From NCBI GenBank assembly GCA_000004695.1, contig CM000151.3, positions 6,016,001-6,080,000 of the forward strand: DNA of 64,000 nt, in the 5' to 3' direction. Below are positions 40,870 through 57,850 of this stretch, piece after piece. The position numbers and the translations under genes are program-made. How positions within the stretch are numbered: the first letter of the stretch is position 1; the number at the start of each line of letters is the position of its first letter. The DNA comes from Dictyostelium discoideum. Taxonomy: Eukaryota. The notes under the pieces are model-generated. The model searched no databases and was not told the DNA's origin. It worked only from the letters and a program-made list of their open reading frames with translations.

Positions 40870-42918
40870 CTAAACAGTTTGAATCTTTTTAAATTTTGAT
40901 CTTGATGGATCATATTTTTTTCCAGTTCTTCTAGTTCTATCTTCTTCATAGGAAGCATAATTACCTTCATGAACGATTACTTGACCATCACCTTCAAATG
41001 CAATAATATGAGTACAAAGACGATCTAAAAAGTAACGATCATGACTAATGATAACAGCACAACCTGGATAATCTTCAATGGCAGTTTCTAAATTACGTAA
41101 TACATCAACATCCAAATCATTGGTAGGTTCATCCAATAATAAAAGATTACAACCTCTTTTAATCATTTTTGCAATATGAACACGATTACGTTCACCACCA
41201 GATAGAGAGCCAATGAATTTATCTTGTTCTGGACCACGGAAATTGAATTGAGAGATGTATTCTCTTACGTGAATTTTATAATTGTCACCCATAACTACAT
41301 CATCGGAGCCATCGGCAACCTCTTCATAGATGGTTTTCTCGTCGTCCATTGAAGCACGTGATTGTGCGACGAACCCCATACGAACGGTTTCACCCACTCT
41401 AATTGAACCGGTCAATGGTTTCAATTCACCAGTCATGATTCTAAAAAGTGTTGATTTACCTGTACCATTTGCACCAATGATACCAACGATTGAACCAGGT
41501 TCAATATCGATATTTAAATTTTTAAATAAAGTTCTACCATCAAATTCCATACTAATATCTTTGGCTTCAAATACTACTCTACCTAAACGTGGACAAGGTG
41601 GAATTGAAATTCTACCTGGTTCTCTGAATTTCTCTGGTGCACTTGCCACCAATTCATTGTATTTATCAATACGAACTTTATTCTTTTTAGTTTGAGCTTT
41701 AACACCACCTTTAAGATACTCCAATTCCTTTTTAATGGCTTTCTTTCTTCCCTCCTCCTTTTTATTCTCCATTGAGAGACGTTGCTCCTTTTGTAATAAC
41801 CAACCCGAGTAATTTCCTTTGAATGGTATGAGTGAACCACGATCAACCTCTAAAATCCAATTGGCGACATTATCTAAAAAGTAACGGTCATGAGTGATTG
41901 CAACCACTGTACCACGGTAGTCATGCAAGAAACGTTCTAACCATGCAACACTTTCTGCATCCAAATGATTTGTTGGTTCATCCAATAGTAATACATCAGG
42001 ATTTGAAATTAGTAAACGTGCCAATGCAACTCTACGTCTTTCACCACCTGACAATGTTGTTACATTACTATCACTTGGTGGGCAATTTAATGCGTCGATT
42101 GCAATTGCAATCTTTCTCTTTAAATCCCAAAGTCTTTCTTCCTCAATAATATCAGCCAATTCATCTCTTCTCTTTTCCAATTGTTTTCTTTCTTGTTTAG
42201 TTAACTCTTCATCTTCATCCTCTAATCTTTCCTCGATCTCTTCATGTTCATCCAATATCTCCTTCTTTTCTGCTACACCATCGAAAATATTCTCCTCAAC
42301 AGTTTTATCTGCATCCAACTCTGGTTCTTGATGAAGGAATCCAACTGTTAATCCTTTTGAATATAATACTTGTCCATCATGTTCCGTATCTTCTTGTGAT
42401 AAAATACGCATAAATGATGATTTACCACTACCATTGGTACCAAGTAAACCAATCTTTGATCCTTCTAAAAATGAAAGTGATATATCTTTTAATAAAATTT
42501 TACCATCATCTAATCTTTTATTAACTCCAACCATTGATAATATAACTTTATCTGTTTGATGTTTATCTGCTCCTGTTTTTTTTTCATTTCCTTTTTTTTT
42601 TGCTTTTTTAAAAAAATAAATTAATATTTAAAATTTTAAAATATTATATATTATATGTATGTGTGAGTGATTTTTAATAAATATTTACTTACTTGAATAT
42701 TGTTGAATTAAACCATATGATAAATTTTTGTTTAATTTTAAATTTTCATTTTTATTATTATTATTATTTAATTGAATTGAATTAACTATACTTTCTTTAT
42801 TATTTAAAGTAGTAATTGAAGTTATTGATTTATTTACATTTGTAATATAACAATATCCATTCTTTGTTGAATTAAGCAAAGATAATGGTTTTCTTAATTT
42901 TGAAAATGATGAAATCAT
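40870..42918 (-). CDS. ABCF-family ATPase of bacterial EttA (YjjK) type, two ABC domains and no TMD, with an N-terminal presequence-like exon; 2 exons
   Basis: Exon 1 is 42918-42693 (MISSFSKLRKPLSLLNS... basic and hydroxylated with no acidic residues, donor gtaagt). Intron is 120 nt. Exon 2 is 42572-40870. Exon 2 has blocks near-identical to E. coli EttA (LLLDEPTNHLDAESVAWLERFLHDYRGTVVAITHDRYFLDNVANWILEVDRG, LSGGERRRVALARLL, LLLDEPTNDLD). Homology starts before the first Met of exon 2 (KVILSMVGV aligns with EttA FVYTMHRV), which supports the splice. Possibly abcF4. Confidence 0.85.
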
Positions 42919-42990
42919 CCTTTGTTTACATTCGAAAAATAAAAAAAGTAAAAAAAAAAAAAAAGTTGAGCTAAAAAAAATCTAATTTCC

Positions 42991-43045
<55 letters not shown>

Positions 43046-43161
43046 GATAAATTAATTATTCGTTTTTTTTAATATTTTATTTTATTTTATTTTATTTTAT
43101 TCTATTTACAATTCGTTTGTTATTTCAGTTATTTATTTATATATATTTTTTTTTTCAATGA

Positions 43162-43427
43162 TTAATTTTTAGTTGATTCATTTGATTCTAAGATTACATT
43201 TGAAATTGCATAATCAGTATCATGAGAAATTGCTAGATGAATTTTATTAATACCCAATTCTTTGAAATATGATTCAGTTGTTTCTAATAAATTTACATAT
43301 GGACGTCCATTTGATTCATTTAAAATTTGAATATTTTGAAAATTTAATTTTGAACGATCTTGATTTCCAATTGCTTTATAAATTGATTCCTTTGCTGCCC
43401 ATCTACCTGCTAAATATTCAAATCCTC

Positions 43428-43476
<49 letters not shown>

Positions 43477-43755
43477 TAATTCACTATTATCGTTATCATC
43501 AATACTTTCTGTTATTGATGCTGTTGGATTTAGTGATTTAAATATTGATATTTCAACTTCATTAAATGCTCTTTTTAAAAATTTATCACCATGTCTTGGA
43601 ATTATCATTAAAAAAAAAAAAAAAATTAATAAAAAAAGGTGGAAAATGATAATAAAATATTTTAATTATTAATTATATTAAAAATACCTTTTAAATGATG
43701 ATTCTAATCTTGATATCTTTACAATATCATTTCCAATACCAAATATCTTATTCAT
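43162..43755 (-). CDS. Holo-[acyl-carrier-protein] synthase (AcpS-type 4'-phosphopantetheinyl transferase), 2 exons
   Basis: Exon 1 is 43755-43688 (MNKIFGIGNDIVKISRLESSFK, donor gtattt). Intron is 93 nt. Exon 2 is 43594-43162 (RHGDKFLKRAF...LAGRWAAKESIYKAIG...NGRPYV...LAISHDTDYAISNVILES). Colinear with bacterial AcpS, with a poly-N18 insertion. Confidence 0.75.
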
Positions 43756-43894
43756 TTTTTTATTTTCTTTTTTTTAATTTAAAATCAATTTGAAAACTTT
43801 TTCAATTTTTTTTTTTTTTTTTCATTTCTCATTTTTACATTTTTTTTTTTTTTTTTTTTTAATTTACCTCCAAAACACACACATACATAAAATA

Positions 43895-44583
43895 ATGAAC
43901 AATGAAGGATCTGCAGTTATAAGTATGTAGATATCAATTTTTGAAATGGTTTAAATAATAATAATAATAAACTAATACAAAATATTATTTTAAAATAATA
44001 ATTTAAAGATGAAGACGATGATACAAGTTTATTAGTAGTTATTTTAGATTGTAATGTTTATTCATGGGGTAATAGAGAGAAATCATTACAAGATGCGATA
44101 AGTGGTATGAATGATGATAATGACAGTAGTAGTAGATATAATGGTAGTACGACAATAGGGAACAATAATAACAACAACAATAACAATAATAGCAACAACA
44201 ATAATAATGTAAATAAAAGATTAATCAATACAAGTAAAAACAATTATATAGGATTCAATAAATTTTTAGAACACTTTATGGTATTTATAAATGCATATTT
44301 AATGCTAAATCAAGAGAATCAACTTGCAATCATTTGTTCTAAAATTGGTGAAAGTTCATTCGTTTTCCCACAATCAAATATTGATCAATATCAACAAGAA
44401 CAACAAGAACTTGAACAACGACAACTAAATGAAAATGGTGAACTATTACCAACACCCAATAAAACTATTCAAGGTCAAATATTAGCTAAATTACAAAAAT
44501 TAGATTTAGAAATAAAACATGATCAAACTGATATATTATCTTCAAGTTTCTCTGCTTCCATGTCAATTGCTTTATGTTGTATG

Positions 44584-44615
<32 letters not shown>

Positions 44616-44626
44616 TATTTACTAAT

Positions 44627-44682
<56 letters not shown>

Positions 44683-44963
44683 TAAATTAGATATAAATAG
44701 AATTAAAAGAGAAACACCAACAATTAAACCAAGAATTTTAGTATTTAATATATCACCAGATGTTTCATCACAATATATATCTGTAATGAATTGTATTTTT
44801 TCATCACAAAAGCAATCGATACCCGTTGATTCTTGTATACTTTCTCAATCAGATTCAACATTTTTACAACAAGCTTCACATTTAACGAGTGGTATTTATT
44901 TAAAACCACAAAAACAAGAATTATTATCACAATATTTATTGGTATGAATTATTATTATTTTTG

Positions 44964-45013
<50 letters not shown>

Positions 45014-45338
45014 TATGTTTCTAATATTTAATTTTAATTTTATAATAATAATAATAATAATATTGTAGACTACATTTTTATTAGATACATTATCAAGAAA
45101 ATCATTAGCATATCCAACATTAAAATCAGTTGATTATAGGGCATCATGTTTTTGTCATAAGAGAATTGTGGATATTGGTTATGTTTGTTCGGTTTGTTTA
45201 TCGATTTTTTGTGGTCACTCATCATCATGTTCAACTTGTGGAACTAAATTCTCTTTAAAAATAGATTTAAGAAAACAATTAAACAATAATCCCACCACTA
45301 CTACTTCTGCAACCTCAACAGTAAATAATAAATCATAG
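43895..45338 (+). CDS. gtf2h3: General transcription factor IIH subunit 3 (TFIIH p34 / Tfb4), 4 exons
   Basis: Exons 43895-43922 (donor gtatgt), 44009-44578 (DEDDDTSLLVVILDCNVYSWG..., donor gtatgt), 44691-44941 (YINRIKRE...KPRILVFN...QYLL, donor gtatga) and 45069-45338 (VDYRASCFCHKRIVDIGYVCSVCLSIFCG... zinc-binding C-terminus). Colinear with human GTF2H3, including the ALCY|I junction. Confidence 0.8.
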
Positions 45339-45635
45339 TTGAAAACTATAATCTTTATTTATAGAAGTTCAAATTTTGTATAAAAAAAAAACCAAAAATA
45401 GATTTTTTTTTTTTTTATTTATTTTTTATTTTTTTTTATTTGCCATTTTCTAATTTTCCTCTGATTTCACGAATCAATCATTTTTTTATTCTTTTTTTAA
45501 TTAATAAAATTTTAAAATTATTTCTATTTTTTTTTTTTTTTTTTTTTTTTTTCTAAAAATAGATTTTTTTATTTTTATTTTTAATTTAATATTAAAAATA
45601 TGATAATGGTTTGTATCGGGATAAGTATTTTAAAT

Positions 45636-45666
<31 letters not shown>

Positions 45667-46121
45667 AAAAAAAGGGAAAAAAAAATGAAATTAAAATAAA
45701 AATAAATTGGGTGATAATAATTTTTTTTATTACTCAACTATTAACCCATTCATTTTATGTAACCACAGTGGTATATTTTCATGTAAATTTAGGAGAGAAA
45801 CTCTTTAAAATTATTGGACAATTCCAATTAATTTAAATGTTTGACTGAATGGGTTAAAATTATTTTGGGTATCCCATCAGTCATGATTTCAAATAAAATA
45901 TTTTGAAAATAGGTCAAATTTTTTTGGATTTTTTTTTTTTTTTTTTTTTATTTTTATTTTATTTTATTTTTTTTTTTTTTTATTTTTTTTTTTTTTCAAA
46001 AAAACTGATTTCATATTCTTATAAAAAAAAAAAAAAAAAAAAATTATTATTATCTTCATAAAATAATACCACAAACTAAAAAATCAAATATATAAATAAA
46101 TATATAAATAAATAAATAAAA

Positions 46122-46613
46122 ATGTCAACAACTAATGATGCCAACACTACAACTACCACAACTAAAACTAAAGAACAAATTGAACAAGAGGCTATTGCCA
46201 GTTCAGTGATTACAGCAGATGCCAATAACTCATTACCACAACCAAAAGGTGAAGAATCTATCAAAATGAAAGAATCACTTGAAGATAAGAAAGCCGATGC
46301 AAATTTAGGTTCTGGTGCTAAAGATCAAGAGGTTTTCTTTGTTAAAGATTCAAATGGTGAAACCAAAGAAATCGGTAAAGAGATCACCAATCATAAAACC
46401 ACCCTTTACTTTAAAGGTTGTAAAGATGGTGTTTTCACAATCTCTGCTCGTGTTACTAAAATTATGATTGAAGCTTGTCAAAGATGTACTTTTAACTTTA
46501 AAGGTAGAATTTTTACAAATACCATTGAAGCTTGGAAAACTGTTGACTGTAAAGTTAATGTTTGTATCAAAAATTATTTTTTATAAAAAAAAGAAAAAAA
46601 ATATGTTTATTAA

Positions 46614-46661
<48 letters not shown>

Positions 46662-47145
46662 GATTTTAAATGATCAAGTTAAAACATTACAAGTTGATAT
46701 GACCTCTAGAATGTCAATTACATTTGATACAAGAGATTCACTCCATAGTATTATTTGGAGTGGTGTCAATGATATGAAACTTTATTTCTCTGATGAAGCT
46801 GGTTTCGAACATCATACTGGTTTCGAACAAATGAAAGCAGTTTATCCAGAACAAGAGCTTTCATTCACCGTAGATCAATTCACAACTCGTTTCATTAAAG
46901 GTGTACTCACAACTGAGCAAATCATTCGTTTAGCCAATGGTTATCCATCAACTGAAAGAGAAGCAAGTGAATTTGATGCAAATGAAGAATTAAATAAAAA
47001 GAGAGCTGAAGAATTTATTAGAAAGAGATTAGCCGATAATGGTATCAGTTTAGGTACCGTTGGAATGAAAAAACCTGAAGTTGGTAGAAATGATGTTTGT
47101 CCATGCGGTAGTGGAAAGAAATATAAAAAATGTTGTTCAAAATAA
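46122..47145 (+). CDS. Beta-helix C-CAP/cofactor-C-like (TBCC/CARP-type) domain protein with C-terminal SEC-C-like Cys motif, 2 exons (tentative function)
   Basis: Exon 1 is 46122-46559 (donor gtttgt), exon 2 is 46663-47145 (acceptor tttatag). Repeated V/I-x-x-C beta-strand pattern (TLYFKGCKDGVFTISARVTKIMIEACQRCTFNF...ITFDTRDSLHSIIWSGVNDMKLYF). Ends CPCGSGKKYKKCC. The exon 1 donor choice is uncertain; 46553 is the alternative. Confidence 0.6.
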
Positions 47146-47216
47146 ATAATTGAATAATATATATATATATATTTTTTTAATAATATAATAATAATATAAA
47201 TAATAACAACATCCAT

Positions 47217-47218
<2 letters not shown>

Positions 47219-47315
<97 letters not shown>

Positions 47316-47316
47316 C
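47219..47316. repeat. Pure (CAA)32 intergenic microsatellite
   Basis: caacaacaac... uninterrupted, about 96 nt, downstream of the TBCC-like gene stop. Confidence 0.95.
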
Positions 47317-47886
47317 TATATAAACGCCTGTATTAAATAAATTAAATAAACAATATTACGAACTTGTATTTAAATAATGACATTCATTTTTTTTATTTAT
47401 TATCATTAAAAGTAGAAATTTTTTTTTTTTTTTTTCTTTTAAGCTGTCCAATTAAATTATTTCTCCTGTATTTCAATGCCACAAAAAAAAAAATAAATAA
47501 TAAATAAATAAATAAATCAGGTCCTCTTTGAGATACTTGTTCACATTATTATTATTATTATTATTATTACTTAATTAATTCATCAAATTGAAAGTCATAT
47601 ACTAATCATATATTCTGCCAAAAAAGATACATTACTGAAAGAGTGCTCCTCAATAGTTACGAATCTATTGATTTCATACTCAGACAAAAGTCCATCGAAC
47701 TTCAATAAAAAGTTCTTTAAATTCCTTTACCCAAATTTATTAATTTATTTCTAATCCCATGCATTTTTAAAATTCAAATAAAATAAAAATAAAAATCTAT
47801 TTTTAGGATTAAAGAAAAAAAAAAAAAAAAAGAAACAAAATAATAATAACAATAAAAAAAGCGCAGAATTCTTGAGATACATTTAA

Positions 47887-47920
<34 letters not shown>

Positions 47921-48230
47921 AAATTTTTTTATTTAAATTTTTTTTTATTTTAAATTTTTTTTATTTTTTATTTTTTTTATTTTTTATTTTTTTTTTTTTT
48001 TAATTTTAAATTTTTTTTTTTTTTTTTTAAATAACTTTGAAAAAAAAAAAAAAAAAAAAAGGTGTTGTTTTTACATTATTCAAGAAATCAAAAAAAAAAA
48101 AAAAAAAAAAGAAAAAAAGAAAAAAGAAAAAAAAAAAAAATAAAAAAAGATATATTACATTATATTATATTATATTATTATATTATATTATATTATATTA
48201 TACTATATAGACACACAAACATAAAGAAAT

Positions 48231-49776
<1,546 letters not shown>

Positions 49777-49903
49777 TTAAAATTACCAATGACTATCATT
49801 GGAATTCAATATATAATAATAGAGAAATAAAAACAATGATACCACTTTGTAGATTTAATTATTAAAATAAAATGAAAACAGAATAAAAAAATAAAAAAAA
49901 AAA

Positions 49904-49943
<40 letters not shown>

Positions 49944-50449
49944 ATTTATTTATAATATTATTATAATTATTATAACTTGGAAATTAGTTAAAATAATAAT
50001 TATTAACCACACTGTTTTTTTTTTTTTATAAAAAATTTATTTAAATCACACTTTTAATATTTAAAATAGGAAAAACTAAAAATATATTTTTTATTTTTAT
50101 TTTTATTTTTTTTTTTATTTTTTTTTTTTTATTTTAAAAATTATAACTTTGAACAGTGAATCTGTTAATTTTTTTTATTTTATTTTATTTTTTTTAATTT
50201 TTTTTTTTATTTTATTTTTTTTTAATTTTATTTTTTTAAAAAAGAAAAGGATTTCAAGAATAATTATTTTCAGAGATAAATGTAATTAAAAGAATTACTA
50301 TTTAAAATAAATTAAAATAAAATAAAATAAAATAAAATAAAAAAAAAAATAAATTTAATTAATTTTTTTTTAAAAAAATAATATTATAATTTTAATAAAA
50401 CTATAGATAATAATAATAATAATAATAATAATTATAAATATGAGAAAAT

Positions 50450-50835
50450 ATGGAAAAGAAAGATAAAAATGAAAAAATCATATCAAGCTCACCAATAAAT
50501 ATTTTTAGGCGATATTCCATTGCAGATGTTGGAAGTGGAAGCTCAATTAGTAGATTACAGCATGATAGTAATAATAATAATTCACCATTAGTACCAACAT
50601 CTTGTGATTCACCAACTTCAAATTTTAAAAGAAGAGTTGCAGAAAGTAAAATTGTTAAAAAATTAAAAGTTTTAGAATTTGTAAATGAAAAAAGGGAAGA
50701 ATTTCAAAGGGATTTATATAAAGATGGAAGAGCTTCACAATTAATTAGAACAAAAGATAAATTTTCTTTTGTTTTGGGTAAATATTAATTGATTTTTTTT
50801 TTTAAAAAAAAAAAAACAATTTATTTATTTAAAGA

Positions 50836-50866
<31 letters not shown>

Positions 50867-51981
50867 GAATATTAGGTGTTTTAAATTTATGTGTAATTTC
50901 ATTTATTTGTGGAAAATATCCATTATATTTACAATACTTCTTTTCAGGGGAATATTTAGTATTATTTGCAACAAGAATAATATTATATAAAAGAAAAAAG
51001 TTACATTATTTTCTTTTTGATTTTTGTTATTTTGCAAATTTAATGTTGTTATTTTTCATTTATGGATTACCAGATAGGCAATGGTATTTTATAACTTGTT
51101 TTTGTATAGCCAATGGTCCATTATTAGGTGCGGTAATACCTTATAGAAATAGTATGGTGTTTCATTCATTGGATAAAGCAACCTCTGTGATTGTTCACAT
51201 TTTCCCATCATTGGTAACCTATAGTTTAAGATGGAATGATGAATTCTTATTTTCAAAACAAAATCAAATAGAGGAACCAAATTGGAAGAATTTCTATTTA
51301 TATCCAATTATTGCATATTCAATTTGGCAATTGGTTTATTTCTTTTGGGTTGGTAAATTTAAAAAGGATACAATTAAAGAGAATAATTATACAACATCAT
51401 TATCATTCTTATCGACTATTAAAGAAGGTGAAAAAGGTTCATTAATTTCAAGATATTTAAATTTTGCAAAACCAAATCATCGTTTATTCTTTTTTATTTT
51501 CTCTCAATTCACCTATACATTATTAACAATTTTACCATGTTGGCTATACTACAAATACCAAGTGATCCATTCATTGTATTTAATATTCGTTGTAACAGTT
51601 TGCCTTTGGAATGGTGCAAACTTTTATATCGAATACTTTAGTAGTAATTATGTAGCTCAAATGAAAGCAAGAGAAGAACGTTGGACAAAAATTATCATGT
51701 CTTCAATTGGTAATACTACAAGTTTCAATTCAAATTGTGATTCTCCAATAATGGAATATTCAAAACAACAACAACAGTCAAATACCCTAAATTCAACTCA
51801 TCATAAAAAAGAAAAACCAAAGGATCATTATCAACAATTAACACCTCCTAATCTAAAACATCAAAAAGGACACGAAACTCAATTCGATAGTGATACTAGT
51901 TATATTGGTCATGAGGATTTAGCACCTGATACTGATGATGTTCACCATCATTATAATTATTCATCAAAACCAAATCAATAA
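50450..51981 (+). CDS. Multipass membrane protein, tentatively DUF2838/GPC1-like (glycerophosphocholine acyltransferase family), 2 exons
   Basis: Exon 1 is 50450-50777 (donor gtaaat), exon 2 is 50876-51981 (acceptor tattag). Hydrophobic helices plus a conserved-looking KLHYFLFDFCYFANLML block. Family assignment is from memory of the DUF2838 signature only. Confidence 0.55.
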
Positions 51982-51993
51982 AAGATCATAATA

Positions 51994-52028
<35 letters not shown>

Positions 52029-52093
52029 AAAACAATATCTAAATAATTTTATTTTCTCGTTTTCTTGTTTATTTTCATTTTTTTAACTTTTAT

Positions 52094-54054
52094 TTAAAAA
52101 AAGGAAACTAATAATAAAATTAAAGAGATTGTGAGGGTATTAACTAAAATTTTTGATGATGAGGATGTTGTTTTTTCAATGTTATCACTTGGTATTTGGG
52201 TAGTTGGTTGAGAGGTTCCTTGAATTGATGTTGGATTTGGAGTTGTTTCAACATTTACAACATTACAATCTGGTCCGGTGAATGGTACTTTACAATAAAG
52301 TTTACCATTGAAACAATAGGAATTTTCATTTACTTTATCACATTCATCGGTTTTTGATGGAGTTTGAGTTGGAGAAGTTGTTGAAAAGCCTGATGTAGAG
52401 GAAAAGGTTGTTGAAGATGAAGATGATGATGATGATGAAGATGAGGTAAATGTTGTTGTTGTTGATGATGATAAAGAGGAGGAGGTTGAAGATACAAATG
52501 ATGTGGTTGTAGAAATTTGACCAGATGATGCATTTGGTAGGTTGGTATTACAGTTCATAATTTTACCAATGTCACAAGAGATATGTCTACCAATACAGGT
52601 AATTTTACGCCATGCAGAACATGTAACTGATTGTTCACCATTTTTAGTACCACATTCAAAAAATGGATTGGCACAATAGGTATCACCTTGACCATGACAT
52701 TCAATCTTTTCACTACCTTGGTTTGTAATTTCTAAAATTCCTTTAATTGGATTAAATGAGCATACAACTTGACTATCATCACTTGATGAGCTTTCCCATG
52801 AATCAGAGTCTGAGCCAGAGTTTGAAGATTCTGAAGATGACCAGTCTGAAGATGACCAATCAGAAGATGACCAGTCACTTGAGCTACCGTTACATCCATT
52901 TGAGGAGTCAGTTGAGGAACCACTTGATGATGATTCAGATGATGTACTATTGCTTGATGATGATTCGGATGAAGAACCAATACTTGATGATTCGGATGAT
53001 GTACTAATGCTTGATGATGATGATTCAGATGACGATGAGCTTGGTCCACTAATAATAAATTTAACATTATTTTCAGTGTAAACTACTTGATAACCGGTTG
53101 TAATATGAGTCTCACTAGATGATTCAACAGAGTAAACATTAATAACTCTGAATAATGTTGAATTAATTGCTAATGAATTGAAATTAATAATATTAAATTC
53201 ATTATCGATATTCAATAAATTAGAGTTAACAAAGACTATCAATGTTGAGTTATTAATATTTAATTCATCACTAATATTAATGGTTGAGAAATCTGATGGT
53301 TTTTTAATGTAAATGATAATTTTTGATTCATTTTCGTCGTCTTGTAAAAGGGTACCATTGATATTAATGGTTGAGATTCTATTTGAGCTACCAATTGTAC
53401 CATAGTTATAAATTTTAATTGATTCTAAAGTACCATTACCAAGAACAGTTGTACTATATCCAAGTAATAATGGTAAATGAGATTTAATTCTTATTGGTTG
53501 GCCAGATGCAATTGAAGTTAAATCTAATTGACCTAAACCTAAAATAAATGAATTTGCTTCTACAATAATTTCATTTTTAGGAATATAAGTGGAGTTTAAT
53601 TTTGAATTTTGAATTTCAATCATACCCAATGTAATATTTTCGCTTTCGAATGATAAAACAGCATTATTATATAAATAGATATTGGTTGTTTCTAATCCTT
53701 TTCCATTTGATTTTCCCACTGAGAATATACCACCTTCAAAGTTAATAGCAGTTGTTGGAGCAAATGAATGAATTGATGAATCAAAACAAAAAATTGAATC
53801 TTTAAATGAAATTCCTGATCCACCAGTTATTTCAGCACCGATGCCACATAAATGATATGATTCAATTGAAACCAATGAACCTTCATCAACTTTTAAAGTT
53901 GGCTCAAAACCTCCATAGAATGTGGTTGTTTCTGAACCAATTGAAACAAATGATGAACCTTTAATTAAAACAGTGCTTGATCTATTATTTAATACAAATG
54001 AATTTCTACTAATAAAGTTTGATTGATCAATTATTAATTCATTCTAAATTTAAA

Positions 54055-54109
<55 letters not shown>

Positions 54110-54766
54110 ATTAATAATCCAGTTGAAAAAAAAAAAAAATATTTATTTTTTTTTACTTACAGAAATATAATTGATAATAAGTTGATCAGTAGGATAATCT
54201 TGTGGTGTATATCCTCTATAAGTAAGAGAAGAGTTAAATGTAATAATTGGGTAAACAACAAGGGAGACACCAGTGATTAAAATATTTGAATCTGTGGCAA
54301 TTAATTCATTTGTATAACTTTGATAACTTGCTAATAAAGTATCTTTAATTTCAAAATTATCAATATTGGTAATTTTAATAGGACCATCAACACCGACTTG
54401 AGAATTTTCCAAAACTATTGCAATATTACTATCTTTAGAATCACCAACAATTTCAATATTTTCAAATGCAGAGAATGATGAAATTAAAGAAAAAGTTGAA
54501 TTGTCTGCCATTAATAAATTGGAATTTATCATATTGAAAACTGTACCATCAATAACTTGCAATGAATGTGGTAAATAAAAATCATCTTGGTTATTTAATT
54601 CTACATAATTATTTTGAATGATAGCTTCGTCATTTATAGTTGGCACATTATTTGTTGACCATGATCTTGGGTCTGTATATATTGTATTTGATCCGATCCA
54701 ATTTATAATATCTGATTTCACAACAGAAATTATTGATAAAAATAAAATTAAAAATTTTAATTTCAT
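52094..54766 (-). CDS. Secreted Ser/Thr-rich cell-surface glycoprotein with Cys-rich EGF-like modules and a C-terminal hydrophobic (GPI-signal-like) tail, 2 exons
   Basis: Exon 1 is 54766-54161 (signal peptide MKLKFLILFLSIISVVKS, donor gtaagt). Intron is 117 nt. Exon 2 is 54043-52094 and is in frame upstream of the track ORF. Contains (SSSDW)3 repeats, Ser-rich tracts, CDKVNENSYCFNGKLYCKVPFTGPDC (EGF-like), and ends LILLLVSFF. Confidence 0.65.
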
Positions 54767-55470
54767 TTTTTTATTATATAAATTTATATTTTAAAATTAA
54801 AACTAAATTAAAAAAAAAAAAAAAAGAAAATAAAAAAGAAAAAAAAAGAAAAAAAAAAAATTTTTAGTTTCTTAGCATTCAAAGAAATCGAAAAAAAATA
54901 ATAATACTCAAAAAATTAAAAATTAAAAAAAAAACTGATTATAATTTGAACCAGCAAAGTTTTCCACGGTTTTTTTTTTTTTTTAAAACAAAATGGGCGA
55001 TGATCGTAATTTTTTTTTTTTTTTGGCCAATGGTTGGGAAAAAAAAAAAACTTTTTCCTTGATAACAAAGAGAAATACTTTTTCTTTAATCACAAAGGAA
55101 AAAAAAAAAAAAATTAAAAAAAAATTAATTTTAAAATTTTTTCTGCAAAAAAAAAAAATTACAATAAATATCTTGGAAAAAAAGAACTTTGGAATTTTTT
55201 TTTTTTTTAATTTTTTTTAATTTTTTTTTTTTTTTTGAAATGGGCGATCCTCAAAAAAAAAAAAAAAAAAAAAAAAAGCGAGATTGTTAAATTAAGAATT
55301 ATAAAAATAGATATTATTAAAAACTATTTGGTAAAAAAAAAAAAATAAAAAAAAAAATAAAAATAAAAAAAAAAATGAATAAATAAAATCATTTCGAATC
55401 CAAATAACTAAATTTTATTGTCAATTTTAAAAAAAAAAAAAAATATCAAAAATTTAAAAAAAGATTTTTT

Positions 55471-57759
<2,289 letters not shown>

Positions 57760-57817
57760 TTCTTTTTAAATTAATCTTGATAGGTAATATGATAGAGGTT
57801 TCATTACAATATATTTT

Positions 57818-57850
<33 letters not shown>

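Noticed and set aside
35213-43755. Possibility that the bacterial-type genes (AsnO-like, EttA-like, AcpS, Maa) are bacterial contamination or a misassembled insert
   Set aside because: All have host-like AT-rich codon usage and poly-Asn insertions. Three of them have canonical GT..AG AT-rich introns and eukaryotic-type flanks. They are interleaved with unmistakably eukaryotic genes.
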